Assembly (NCBI RefSeq): GCF_004345245.1
Contig: NZ_SLUQ01000012.1
Location: 35,107-67,106, forward strand
Direction: 5' to 3'
DNA: 32,000 nt
From: Rhizobium sp. BK251
Lineage (GTDB): Bacteria; Pseudomonadota; Alphaproteobacteria; Rhizobiales; Rhizobiaceae
Part shown: one piece after another, positions 25,301 to 31,711 of the stretch
Position numbering within the stretch: the stretch's first letter is position 1
Layout: each line of letters starts with the position of its first letter
Notes under the pieces: generated by a model
The model's database searches: none
What the model was told of the DNA's origin: nothing
The model's input: only the letters and a program-made list of their open reading frames with translations
Made by a program: the position numbers and the translations under genes

Positions 25301-25506
25301 GGAGGATGGGCGCTCGACCCCGGTTCGACAAAATGATCGGAGATGGCGCCCGCAGCATCTCCAAGGATTCCGACCGCCAGAGAATAGAGCGAGGCTGGAT
25401 CGCGCCGCAGCTCGATGAAGTCCTCCGCAGCGACACGGAATTCGTGCATTTTTGCCGTTGCTCGAACGGTCGAGAGGACTTGTCGTGCAGCTGCATCAGG
25501 CTTCAT
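22378..25506 (-). CDS. hamB: Hachiman HamB-like SF2 DExH helicase (1042 aa)
   Basis: Motif I is QMPTSAGKT, motif II is VYDEGHQF, motif VI is LMGRAGRAG. The ~250 aa N-terminal and ~350 aa C-terminal regions are unrecognised. The ATG overlaps the stop of the upstream DUF1837-like gene by 11 nt. Confidence 0.8.
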   Translation of the reverse strand: MKPDAAARQVLSTVRATAKMHEFRVAAEDFIELRRDPASLYSLAVGILGDAAGAISDHFVEPGSSAHPPTWAEDTSIHENVRFAATFFDSYLEAKLDGSISVEFSLLCAAAYYLSDAIGNAVVVVKRSDEPPADLGGGLALLASRILQNRLQSIEVEIFHSTFANRLLELLRAHYALQDENERAIPALCRELRVTLYEIGTDREVLYADIVTAICAGKIQNSSRNRLPPASGLPLAAWSPALAKPAFPIELWPAQRRICDADLLNGRSAVIQMPTSAGKTRATELIIRAAFLSGRASLAIIVAPFKSLCHDIRSDLVRAFQGENILLGEVSDSYLMDFGIEQLLVQNCVLVITPEKLLYMLRRAPELADRIGLIVYDEGHQFEGFTRGPTYELLLSSLRMMLKPAAQIVLISAVIGNAEQIADWLIGDASAIVSGKGLLPTAKSIAFASWQKERGWLRYVNPLDPDEDEYFVPRIIEELPLEKKSKRERDRVFPDRNHSAEISESVDIGLYLALHLGSNGSVALFCGQKASVSKVSWRVVDLFTRKVELAKPSAWCDQQELDRLANLIASNLGDDADVVRASRLGVLSHHASTPHGIRLCVEHAMKAGHARIVACTSTLAQGVNFPIKYLVVTATQQGKEKIKVRDFHNLMGRAGRAGMHTESSVIFSAPPIYDEREDEYKNWRWEAAKKLLDQDGAEPSQSSILQIFDDYKQTAGTPIVLTFDLADENLAFADEAAIELIVVEVLKQFPNVSASELKDYLQGRARAIQSIAMYLAQHIDFEAEDAVEAAERLAANTLGYHLADETTQPRVIALFQATVKSIQNNTDAAYRLLIKKSPLAPAALRKLSAWVEMSTEQLTVAVKGGTLLPLLIEQALPLASAKSLSALSDAAVIPTILSAWTDGKSFAEIRQILVKDDIRVSGDHATADHLVAICEDGFGYHVAMILASVVDLLETIEPDLVDATTLLQRQVKNGLQTESALAFYEAGFADRVIAQLLAEAFPNVNDRYGAKVACRDNLGIVAALLEASPEYFREVAQELAST

Positions 25507-26353
25507 CGGCCGCCCTTTCGTAAAGCGCGTGCACGAGATCCATCATCGAAATGCCCTTGATCACGACGAGTTTCAGGTTGTCCTTGTTGGGGTGGTCTGA
25601 AACTTGCGTCTTTTCCAGTTCCATTTTTGCTGCGGTTTCTGTATCGAGGACCGCGACCGCCCCACTCCATCGCGTGAAAGGTCGATCGGCCTCGTTCTGA
25701 AACCTCTCAACTTTGAGGGCCGATTCCCGGTTCTTGCGAAGCAGCCTCTTTTTCAGGGCGCTGAGCGTCATTGCCTCTCGTAGACGATCTTTTGCAGAAT
25801 CGTTGACGGCCGTTTGAAGTCGATTCTCCGTGGACGGACGTAGGCCGGATTTAGACTCTACGACAAAAAGCTCGTCCTTCGGGCTCGGCTTTTCACCTGC
25901 AAAGCGAAAGCCGACCACGTCCGTGCCGTTATCCGAGACGTTAGCGTTGATGCGATCCTCGTAGCGGTGCTCACGAGGGCACCAGTATCCGAGAATGAAC
26001 TCGATGTAGTCAGCAACAAGAATTTCTCCAAAGTCACCGGATCGCGTAGCTGGCCCTGACCCGACCTTGGCGCTCGGAAACTTGATCTCGGTGAGGAACT
26101 CGGCATTCGATTTTCCTGTTCCTGAAACAAGATCAGCAAGCTCCTCATCGAGGCAGTAATGCTGCCGGAAATGCTTCGCCCAGGCTGACAGAACAGCGGG
26201 ATCCTCCTCATGGTTGAGCTCCCAGACCTCCACCATTGCACCGTCTGCGGTTTTAAGCACTTCGTCAGTTTTGTGGAGCCATTTTATATGTGTCGGCGTC
26301 ATGAAGGACTGCTTATTTGTGTTTGTCGGAGGATGGCCCGATTCTCTCACCAT
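25496..26353 (-). CDS. hamA: Hachiman HamA-like protein (DUF1837, PD-(D/E)xK-like)
   Basis: The size, the position immediately 5' of the helicase, and a nuclease-like D...E.K pattern (DNGTDVVGFRF...LFVVESKSG) fit HamA. Start is ambiguous: ATG 26353, TTG 26359 or ATG 26302. Confidence 0.7.
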   Translation of the reverse strand: MVRESGHPPTNTNKQSFMTPTHIKWLHKTDEVLKTADGAMVEVWELNHEEDPAVLSAWAKHFRQHYCLDEELADLVSGTGKSNAEFLTEIKFPSAKVGSGPATRSGDFGEILVADYIEFILGYWCPREHRYEDRINANVSDNGTDVVGFRFAGEKPSPKDELFVVESKSGLRPSTENRLQTAVNDSAKDRLREAMTLSALKKRLLRKNRESALKVERFQNEADRPFTRWSGAVAVLDTETAAKMELEKTQVSDHPNKDNLKLVVIKGISMMDLVHALYERAADEA

Positions 26354-26522
26354 TCGCAAACTTCTTTACAACCATACCGTAACTAGAACATTGATTTCAT
26401 TTCGACCTCTAGTTTCTCACTAATTAAACTGCTCGACGAAACCACGGGTTCGCGTCCTGAGTTCCGACATACTGGCTTTTCCCACTGCGGAGATGGCTCT
26501 AGAGATGTTTTCAAACAATCCT

Positions 26523-26550
26523 TGCGCCACCGCGCTTCTTCGCGCGGATT
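26523..26550. repeat. right copy of the imperfect ~30-bp repeat bracketing the Hachiman segment
   Basis: TGCGC-cac-CGCGCTTCTT-cg-CGCGGATT. See 21474-21501. Confidence 0.4.
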
Positions 26551-26552
26551 TT
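26530..26552 (+). terminator. terminator-like hairpin CCGCGC-ttcttc-GCGCGG followed by ATTTTG
   Basis: 6-bp GC stem, 6-nt loop and a short T run on the + strand. No convincing + strand gene lies upstream. It may be the displaced terminator of the recombinase gene (see findings). Confidence 0.35.
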
Positions 26553-26931
26553 GCACCGCCGGTCAGCGACTCCGAAGGGGTCGCCTATAGTGTCAGTTGA
26601 TCCCGTAACTTTGTAACGCCCCCCATTGGGGCTTGAAGCCGCAAATCAACACGGAGGAAAGACAGCGGCGAAACAGCAGGTGATCCTGATCACAATATTT
26701 TTGACGAGATTGGTGACGACACAGCTCGCGGCGGATAAACGAGATTTCGCCTTGTTTTGTGGAGTTTTTGGGCCTCAGACCGGCTTTGTAGGAAGATGAA
26801 AACGCAAGGCTGTTAACCTCTCATTAACCAAAAAACGCTTGCCCACGAAACAGAATCGGAGCCTATTGCCATCGGCGGAAATCTTTCGATTTCTCGCTTC
26901 AAACCGCCACTGGCAAGAAACAGGTTACGAG

Positions 26932-28146
26932 ATGGCGAAGAACGCCGCAAAAACAGCGCCGGAAATCGAGGGACTGACCGCTTTGATGGAGCGGCATGCT
27001 GAGGCCTTGTCGGGGCAATTGCAAGCGCATCATGTCAAAGTCTTTCCGCCGTCTGCAGAGAAAGGCATCCGCGGTTTTGCGCCGTCGGAGGCCGCCAAGC
27101 TGCTCGGCGTCAAAGAGTCCTATCTTCGCCAGATTGCCTCCGACATGCCGGAACTAAACGTCAGCACGGGTGCAGGCGGCCGGCGCATATTTTCGATTGA
27201 GGACATCCATCAGATCCGGAAGCACATGGATCAGGTCGGCCGAGGCAATCGACGCTACCTGCCACACCGGCGCGATGGCGAGCAACTGCAAGTCATTTCG
27301 GTGATGAACTTTAAGGGCGGATCCGGCAAGACCACCACATCAGCGCATCTGGCGCAATATCTCGCGATGCGCGGATATCGCGTTCTTGCAATCGATCTCG
27401 ATCCTCAGGCCAGCCTGTCCGCGTTGTTTGGCAACCAGCCGGAAATTCATGTCGGTCCGAATGAAACGCTTTACGGCGCCATTCGCTACGATGAAGAACA
27501 GCGCCCGATCGAAGAGGTGGTCCGGGGAACGTACATACCCGATCTCCATCTTATTCCCGGTAATCTTGAGCTTATGGAGTTCGAGCACGACACACCCCGT
27601 GCCCTGATGAGCCGGAAGGAAGGCGATACCCTTTTCTACGGGCGGATCAGCCAGGTCATCGAGGACATCGCGGACAACTACGACGTCGTCGTCATCGACT
27701 GCCCTCCCCAGCTCGGCTACCTCACACTGTCGGCTCTAACCGCCGCAACTTCGATCCTGGTGACTGTGCATCCGCAGATGCTCGATGTCATGTCGATGAA
27801 CCAGTTTCTGGCAATGACGTCGAACCTGCTGCGGGAAATCGAAAATGCTGGCGCCAGGTTCAACTTCAACTGGATGCGGTATCTTATCACCCGCTTCGAG
27901 CCGAGCGATGGTCCGCAAAACCAGATGGTCGGTTACCTCCGGTCGATCTTCGGCGAAAACGTGCTCAATTTTCCGATGCTGAAGACGACGGCTGTCTCCG
28001 ATGCAGGGCTGACGAACCAGACTCTCTTCGAAGTCGAGCGTGGCCAATTCACGCGTTCGACCTACGATCGCGCCTTGGAGGCGATGAATGCCGTCAATGA
28101 CGAGATCGAATCTTTGATCAAAAAAGCGTGGGGTAGAACCACATGA
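26932..28146 (+). CDS. repA: RepA, ParA-type partition ATPase of a repABC replicon
   Basis: N-terminal HTH region (SEAAKLLGVKESYLRQ). Deviant Walker A is NFKGGSGKTT. Walker B region is VVVIDCPPQLG. I prefer ATG 26932 (404 aa). ATGA overlap with repB. Confidence 0.9.
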   Translation: MAKNAAKTAPEIEGLTALMERHAEALSGQLQAHHVKVFPPSAEKGIRGFAPSEAAKLLGVKESYLRQIASDMPELNVSTGAGGRRIFSIEDIHQIRKHMDQVGRGNRRYLPHRRDGEQLQVISVMNFKGGSGKTTTSAHLAQYLAMRGYRVLAIDLDPQASLSALFGNQPEIHVGPNETLYGAIRYDEEQRPIEEVVRGTYIPDLHLIPGNLELMEFEHDTPRALMSRKEGDTLFYGRISQVIEDIADNYDVVVIDCPPQLGYLTLSALTAATSILVTVHPQMLDVMSMNQFLAMTSNLLREIENAGARFNFNWMRYLITRFEPSDGPQNQMVGYLRSIFGENVLNFPMLKTTAVSDAGLTNQTLFEVERGQFTRSTYDRALEAMNAVNDEIESLIKKAWGRTT

Positions 28147-29168
28147 GCCGAAAGGACATTTTGGGCGTTTCCACAACCGTGCCGACTGCGCCCTCCCCGC
28201 ACGACCCACAAGCGGCAAAGACCCGTACCATGCCGCTTCTCGGCGTGGCTCGCAAAGACCGTGATCCGGCGACCAAGCTGACCGCCAATATCGGCAACGC
28301 TTTGCGCGAGCAGAACGATCGGGTGGAGCGAGCCGAAGAAATCGAACGGCGTCTTGCCGAAGGCCACGCGGTGATCGATCTCGATCCGAAGGTCATCGAT
28401 CCTTCGTTCATGCAGGACCGGATGCCGGGCGATATTGATGGGCTGCTTTCGTCTATCAAGGAGCAGGGCCAGCAGGTGCCGATCCTCGTTCGCCCTCACC
28501 CGCAGCAATCGGGCCGCTATGAGGTTGCCTTCGGTCACCGCCGCTTGCGCGCGGTGACCGAACTCGGTCAGGCGGTCAAGGCGGTCGTCCGGGATTTGAC
28601 GGACGAGCAGCTGGTCGTTGCCCAAGGCCAAGAAAATAACGAGCGACAGGATCTTTCCTTTATCGAGAAAGCGCGATTTGCCGCCCGTCTGAAGGAACGT
28701 TTCCCCCGGGACGTGATCATCTCATCGATGTCCGTCGACAAGGGCGATCTCTCCAAGATGCTGTCAATCATCGAGGCGCTTCCCGCGGACCTGATCGATG
28801 CCATCGGCCCTGCCCCCGGCATCGGCCTCAGAAGCTGGCAGGAAATGGCCGAGCTGATCGAAAAGGCGCCCTCTGCCGACAACGTCCTCGAACATGTGCG
28901 GTCCAGTGAATTGCAGGCGCTTCAGTCCGTCGACCGGTTCAAGGCGCTGTTTGCGCATCTGAAGCCGCGCCGGTTGGAACGCGGTCTCCCTGATGTCATG
29001 GCGAGCCCCACAGGCGAACGCCTGGCGCAGGTGAAGCAGAACAAGGCGAAGGTTGAAATCATGATCGACCGGAAGGCGACGCCGGACTTTGCGGCGTTCG
29101 TGCTCGAGCAATTGCCGGCGCTTTATGAAGAGCACCGTGCGAAACAGAAACAAAAGAAGGAAGCGTAA
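28143..29168 (+). CDS. repB: RepB, ParB-type partition protein of a repABC replicon
   Basis: ParB box region: QVPILVRPHP...YEVAFGHRRLRA, then VVRDLTDEQLVVAQGQENNERQDLSFIEKA. Gene order is repA-repB-repC. Confidence 0.9.
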   Translation: MSRKDILGVSTTVPTAPSPHDPQAAKTRTMPLLGVARKDRDPATKLTANIGNALREQNDRVERAEEIERRLAEGHAVIDLDPKVIDPSFMQDRMPGDIDGLLSSIKEQGQQVPILVRPHPQQSGRYEVAFGHRRLRAVTELGQAVKAVVRDLTDEQLVVAQGQENNERQDLSFIEKARFAARLKERFPRDVIISSMSVDKGDLSKMLSIIEALPADLIDAIGPAPGIGLRSWQEMAELIEKAPSADNVLEHVRSSELQALQSVDRFKALFAHLKPRRLERGLPDVMASPTGERLAQVKQNKAKVEIMIDRKATPDFAAFVLEQLPALYEEHRAKQKQKKEA

Positions 29169-29171
29169 CGC

Positions 29172-29230
29172 GCAAAAGAAAAGAGCCCCCTCAACGTTGC
29201 CGTCGCGGAAGCCCTTCTGTCTCTTTAGCA
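29172..29230 (-). ncRNA. inferred antisense counter-transcribed RNA (ctRNA, inc-alpha) in the repB-repC spacer
   Basis: repABC replicons characteristically encode a ~55-60 nt antisense RNA here. The minus strand has TTGACG (29264-29259), a 17-nt spacer and a weak -10 (GATTCT). About 55 nt further on there is a GC-rich segment ending in CTCTTTTCTTTTG (to ~29172). I could not fold a clean terminator hairpin by eye, so the boundaries are approximate. Confidence 0.4.
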
Positions 29231-29323
29231 CGAACAGAATCGCATTTCCTCGAATCCTCGTCAAGAGTCTTTGGCACCGATCTGGTGAGCAAATTTCTGT
29301 TGCCTGCTGAAAGGTAAGAGACA

Positions 29324-30538
29324 ATGCAAACGGGAAATGTGACGACGCCCTTTGGGCGGCGGCCGGTTTCGCTTGCCCTGGTCAGACGGCAGCAAGCCGT
29401 TGCCGAGATCAAGGCGGGGAAGTCGGCAGAAAAGTGGAAAGTCTTTCGCGACGTTTCTGCGGCAATGGCGGTGCTTGGCATTCAGTCGAACAGCCTGGCG
29501 GTGCTGGACGCCTTGCTGAGCTTCTATCCGGAAAATGACTTGCGCCAGGACGCGCCGCTGATCGTTTTTCCGTCGAACGCGCAGCTGTCGTTGCGTGCCC
29601 ACGGCATGGCGGGTTCCACTCTCCGACGCCATCTTGCGGCGCTTGTAGAGGTCGGGCTGATCGTTCGAAAAGATAGCGCCAATGGCAAGCGCTATGTTCG
29701 CAGAGACCACTCGGGCGATATCGAGAACGCCTTTGGTTTTGATCTTTCGCCATTGCTGTCTCGCGCTGAAGAGCTCGCCATGCTGGCGCAGCAGATCGTG
29801 GCAGAGCGCGCCGCCTTCAAAAGGATGAAGGAGAACCTGACGATCTGCCGGCGCGACGTGCGCAAGCTGATTTCGGCCGCCATGGAGGAAGGGGCGGATG
29901 GCGATTGGCGGGCTATCGAAGGCATTTATGTAGAGCTGATTGCCCGACTGCCACGCACGCCATCGCCCGCTGACGTGAGCGCAATCCTCGAAGAAATGCA
30001 GATGCTGAAAGAGGAAGTGCTCAACCTGCTGGAAAATAAGAAAGAAACAGAACATCCAGGCGGCAATGCTGCCCATATCGAGCGGCACATACAGAATTCA
30101 AAACCCGAATCCATCACTGAACTTGAACCTAGCTCTGAAAAAGAGCAGGGGGCAACATCGAGCGAGGCGAATGGAATTCGGCGAGAGCCGTTGAAGGCAT
30201 TCCCGCTTGGCCTGGTGTTGAAGGCCTGCCCCCAGGTTATCGATTATGGGGCCGGCGGGGCGATCGGGACCTGGCGCGAGTTGATGTCCGCAGCCGTCGT
30301 CGTCCGGTCGATGCTGGGGATCAGCCCGTCGGCCTATCAGGAGGCGTGTGAGATCATGGGGCCGGAAAATGCGGCGGTCGCGGTTGCCGGCATCCTGGAG
30401 CGAGCAAACATGATCAATTCTCCGGGCGGATACCTGCGGAATCTTACGCGGCGGTCTGAGCGCGGTGAATTTTCGCTTGGACCGATGATCATGGCCTTAT
30501 TGAAGGCGAATGGTCTGGCGCAAACGAAGGCGGGGTAG
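29324..30538 (+). CDS. repC: RepC replication initiator of a repABC replicon
   Basis: 404 aa, third gene of the cassette. It has RepC-like N-terminal (LAVLDALLSFYPE...IVFPSNAQLSLRAHGMAGSTLRRHLAALVEVGLIVRKDSANGKRY) and C-terminal (SPGGYLRNLTRRSERGEFSLGPMIMAL) regions. Confidence 0.9.
   Translation: MQTGNVTTPFGRRPVSLALVRRQQAVAEIKAGKSAEKWKVFRDVSAAMAVLGIQSNSLAVLDALLSFYPENDLRQDAPLIVFPSNAQLSLRAHGMAGSTLRRHLAALVEVGLIVRKDSANGKRYVRRDHSGDIENAFGFDLSPLLSRAEELAMLAQQIVAERAAFKRMKENLTICRRDVRKLISAAMEEGADGDWRAIEGIYVELIARLPRTPSPADVSAILEEMQMLKEEVLNLLENKKETEHPGGNAAHIERHIQNSKPESITELEPSSEKEQGATSSEANGIRREPLKAFPLGLVLKACPQVIDYGAGGAIGTWRELMSAAVVVRSMLGISPSAYQEACEIMGPENAAVAVAGILERANMINSPGGYLRNLTRRSERGEFSLGPMIMALLKANGLAQTKAG
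30030..30150. other. AT-rich stretch inside repC, candidate oriV
   Basis: GAAAATAAGAAAGAAACAGAACAT ... ATACAGAATTCAAAACCCGAATCCATCACTGAACTTGAACCTAGCTCTGAAAAAGAGC stands out from the GC-rich coding context. In studied repABC plasmids the origin maps within repC. Confidence 0.35.
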
Positions 30539-30601
30539 GGGCAGCGGCATCGTTTCGAAGCGAGCCGCGGGGACGTCTGCCTTTCAAAGCCTCTGCAAAA
30601 A

Positions 30602-30619
30602 AGTTGGTCGCGACCAACT
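30602..30619. other. parS-like perfect palindrome AGTTGGTCGCGACCAACT
   Basis: The 16-bp core GTTGGTCGCGACCAAC (30603-30618) is a perfect palindrome. It matches 14 of 16 positions of the repABC parS consensus as I remember it (GTTNNCNGCNGNNAAC). It lies 64 nt downstream of the repC stop. Confidence 0.55.
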
Positions 30620-30796
30620 CTGCTAAACCTTTGTAGTCGTTTGCTTTTCGAATTTCGGTATTTTGGAGCGAAATCACCAGTTGGAAGAACGACATTCGAG
30701 GAAGACCGGCAGGTGATTTCCGATAGGCCGTAGCGCCGGTGGGAGGAGAGCCGGTTGCCGTATCCTCGATCCCGCAGATCGGCCAAAGGCGCATCG

Positions 30797-31711
30797 TCAT
30801 GCGAAGAGGCGCTCGATCTCCTCGCGCTGTTCGGTGTGTTTGACCGGATTGTCGTTCTTTAGTTTTTGCAAGTTGAGTATCTTCCAGCGGACGGCCGGCA
30901 AGGCGAGGGCGTGCGGCAAGCCGATAATCTCGAAGTTGGGGTCACCAGCGTGAAGAGAGAGCAGAAACGTGCGGGCCCTATCATCAAGGTGGGCCTGGAT
31001 GTCCTTCATGAACCGCTCTCGCATATCCAGCAATTCGTCCAGCGAGACGGTCTCGATTGTCATCCCATCGAATTCTTGATTGAAGACATGCGCGATGTCG
31101 GCCCTATTGGGCTGTAGCAACTCGTGGGGCGGGCGTCCGGAGCTCGCCACGTAGACGAGAAAGGTGCGAAACAGCAGGTCCGTCAGTCCTTCGTTTTCAT
31201 AGAGGAGCTTGATGTCGAAGAGATCGCGCGGATGCTGGCGATCGACTGCTGCATGCATCTTGCCGCCGAAAAGGTCTTCGAAGGCGACAACCTGAATTTC
31301 CGCAAAACCAAACTGGTCTTCGACCCGCTCGCTGACCCTGCGTCGTTCGACGGGGTGCACCGTGCCGCGAGCGACCGGAGAGGTTTCGATCTTGATTGCG
31401 ATCTGGCCCTGCCTTACCTCGACGCGAGTATCGCCTCCGCCACCGCCGGATATTCGCTTTGCCCGGACGCCCTTGATCCTTTCAACCTTCGCGGCGACCC
31501 GGTCGAGGATCGCGTCGATTTCGGCCAAGCTCTCGTCCCTCGGTTTGAGGGGAAGGTAGGTCAGGTCGATATCGACCGAGAGGCGCGGGAGGTCTCTGTA
31601 AAAGAGATTGATGGCGGTTCCACCCTTCAATGCGAAAGCCGGTTCGTCAGCAATCATCGGCAAGATCTGGACGAGGAGCTCGAGCTGGGAAATATACTGG
31701 TCACGGGCCAT
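30797..31711 (-). CDS. AbiEii/AbiGii-family nucleotidyltransferase toxin (type IV TA)
   Basis: ALKGGTAINLFYRDLPRLSVDIDLTYLP nucleotidyltransferase motif. I prefer ATG 31711 (MARDQYISQLE...), which overlaps the upstream gene's stop by 11 nt. The ORF-track start at 31876 lies inside that gene. Confidence 0.8.
   Translation of the reverse strand: MARDQYISQLELLVQILPMIADEPAFALKGGTAINLFYRDLPRLSVDIDLTYLPLKPRDESLAEIDAILDRVAAKVERIKGVRAKRISGGGGGDTRVEVRQGQIAIKIETSPVARGTVHPVERRRVSERVEDQFGFAEIQVVAFEDLFGGKMHAAVDRQHPRDLFDIKLLYENEGLTDLLFRTFLVYVASSGRPPHELLQPNRADIAHVFNQEFDGMTIETVSLDELLDMRERFMKDIQAHLDDRARTFLLSLHAGDPNFEIIGLPHALALPAVRWKILNLQKLKNDNPVKHTEQREEIERLFA

Noticed and set aside
22378-25506. Could the 1042-aa SF2 helicase be the missing HsdR of the hsdMS operon?
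   Set aside because: It is translationally coupled (11-nt overlap) to a DUF1837-like HamA gene. It is separated from hsdM by ~4.5 kb of backbone genes on both strands. It uses a DEGH motif with no recognisable N-terminal HsdR nuclease motif. A Hachiman HamB assignment is more parsimonious.
26839-26931. TTG-start N-terminal extension of repA
   Set aside because: The extension (MPTKQNRSLLPSAEIFRFLASNRHWQETGYE) is not RepA-like. ATG 26932 gives a typical ~404-aa RepA.
28062-30088. Long minus-strand ORFs (189, 186 and 275 aa) across repB, the repB-repC spacer and repC
   Set aside because: They are antisense to well-supported repB and repC frames, and their composition is Arg/His/Gln-rich. They are not credited. 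Only a short antisense RNA is expected here.
30489-30800. 103-aa minus ORF whose ATG overlaps the AbiEii stop (ATGA)
   Set aside because: It runs through the parS palindrome and 50 nt antisense into repC. Its composition is Pro/Ala/Ser/Arg-rich and it has no motifs. The ATGA overlap is probably coincidental.
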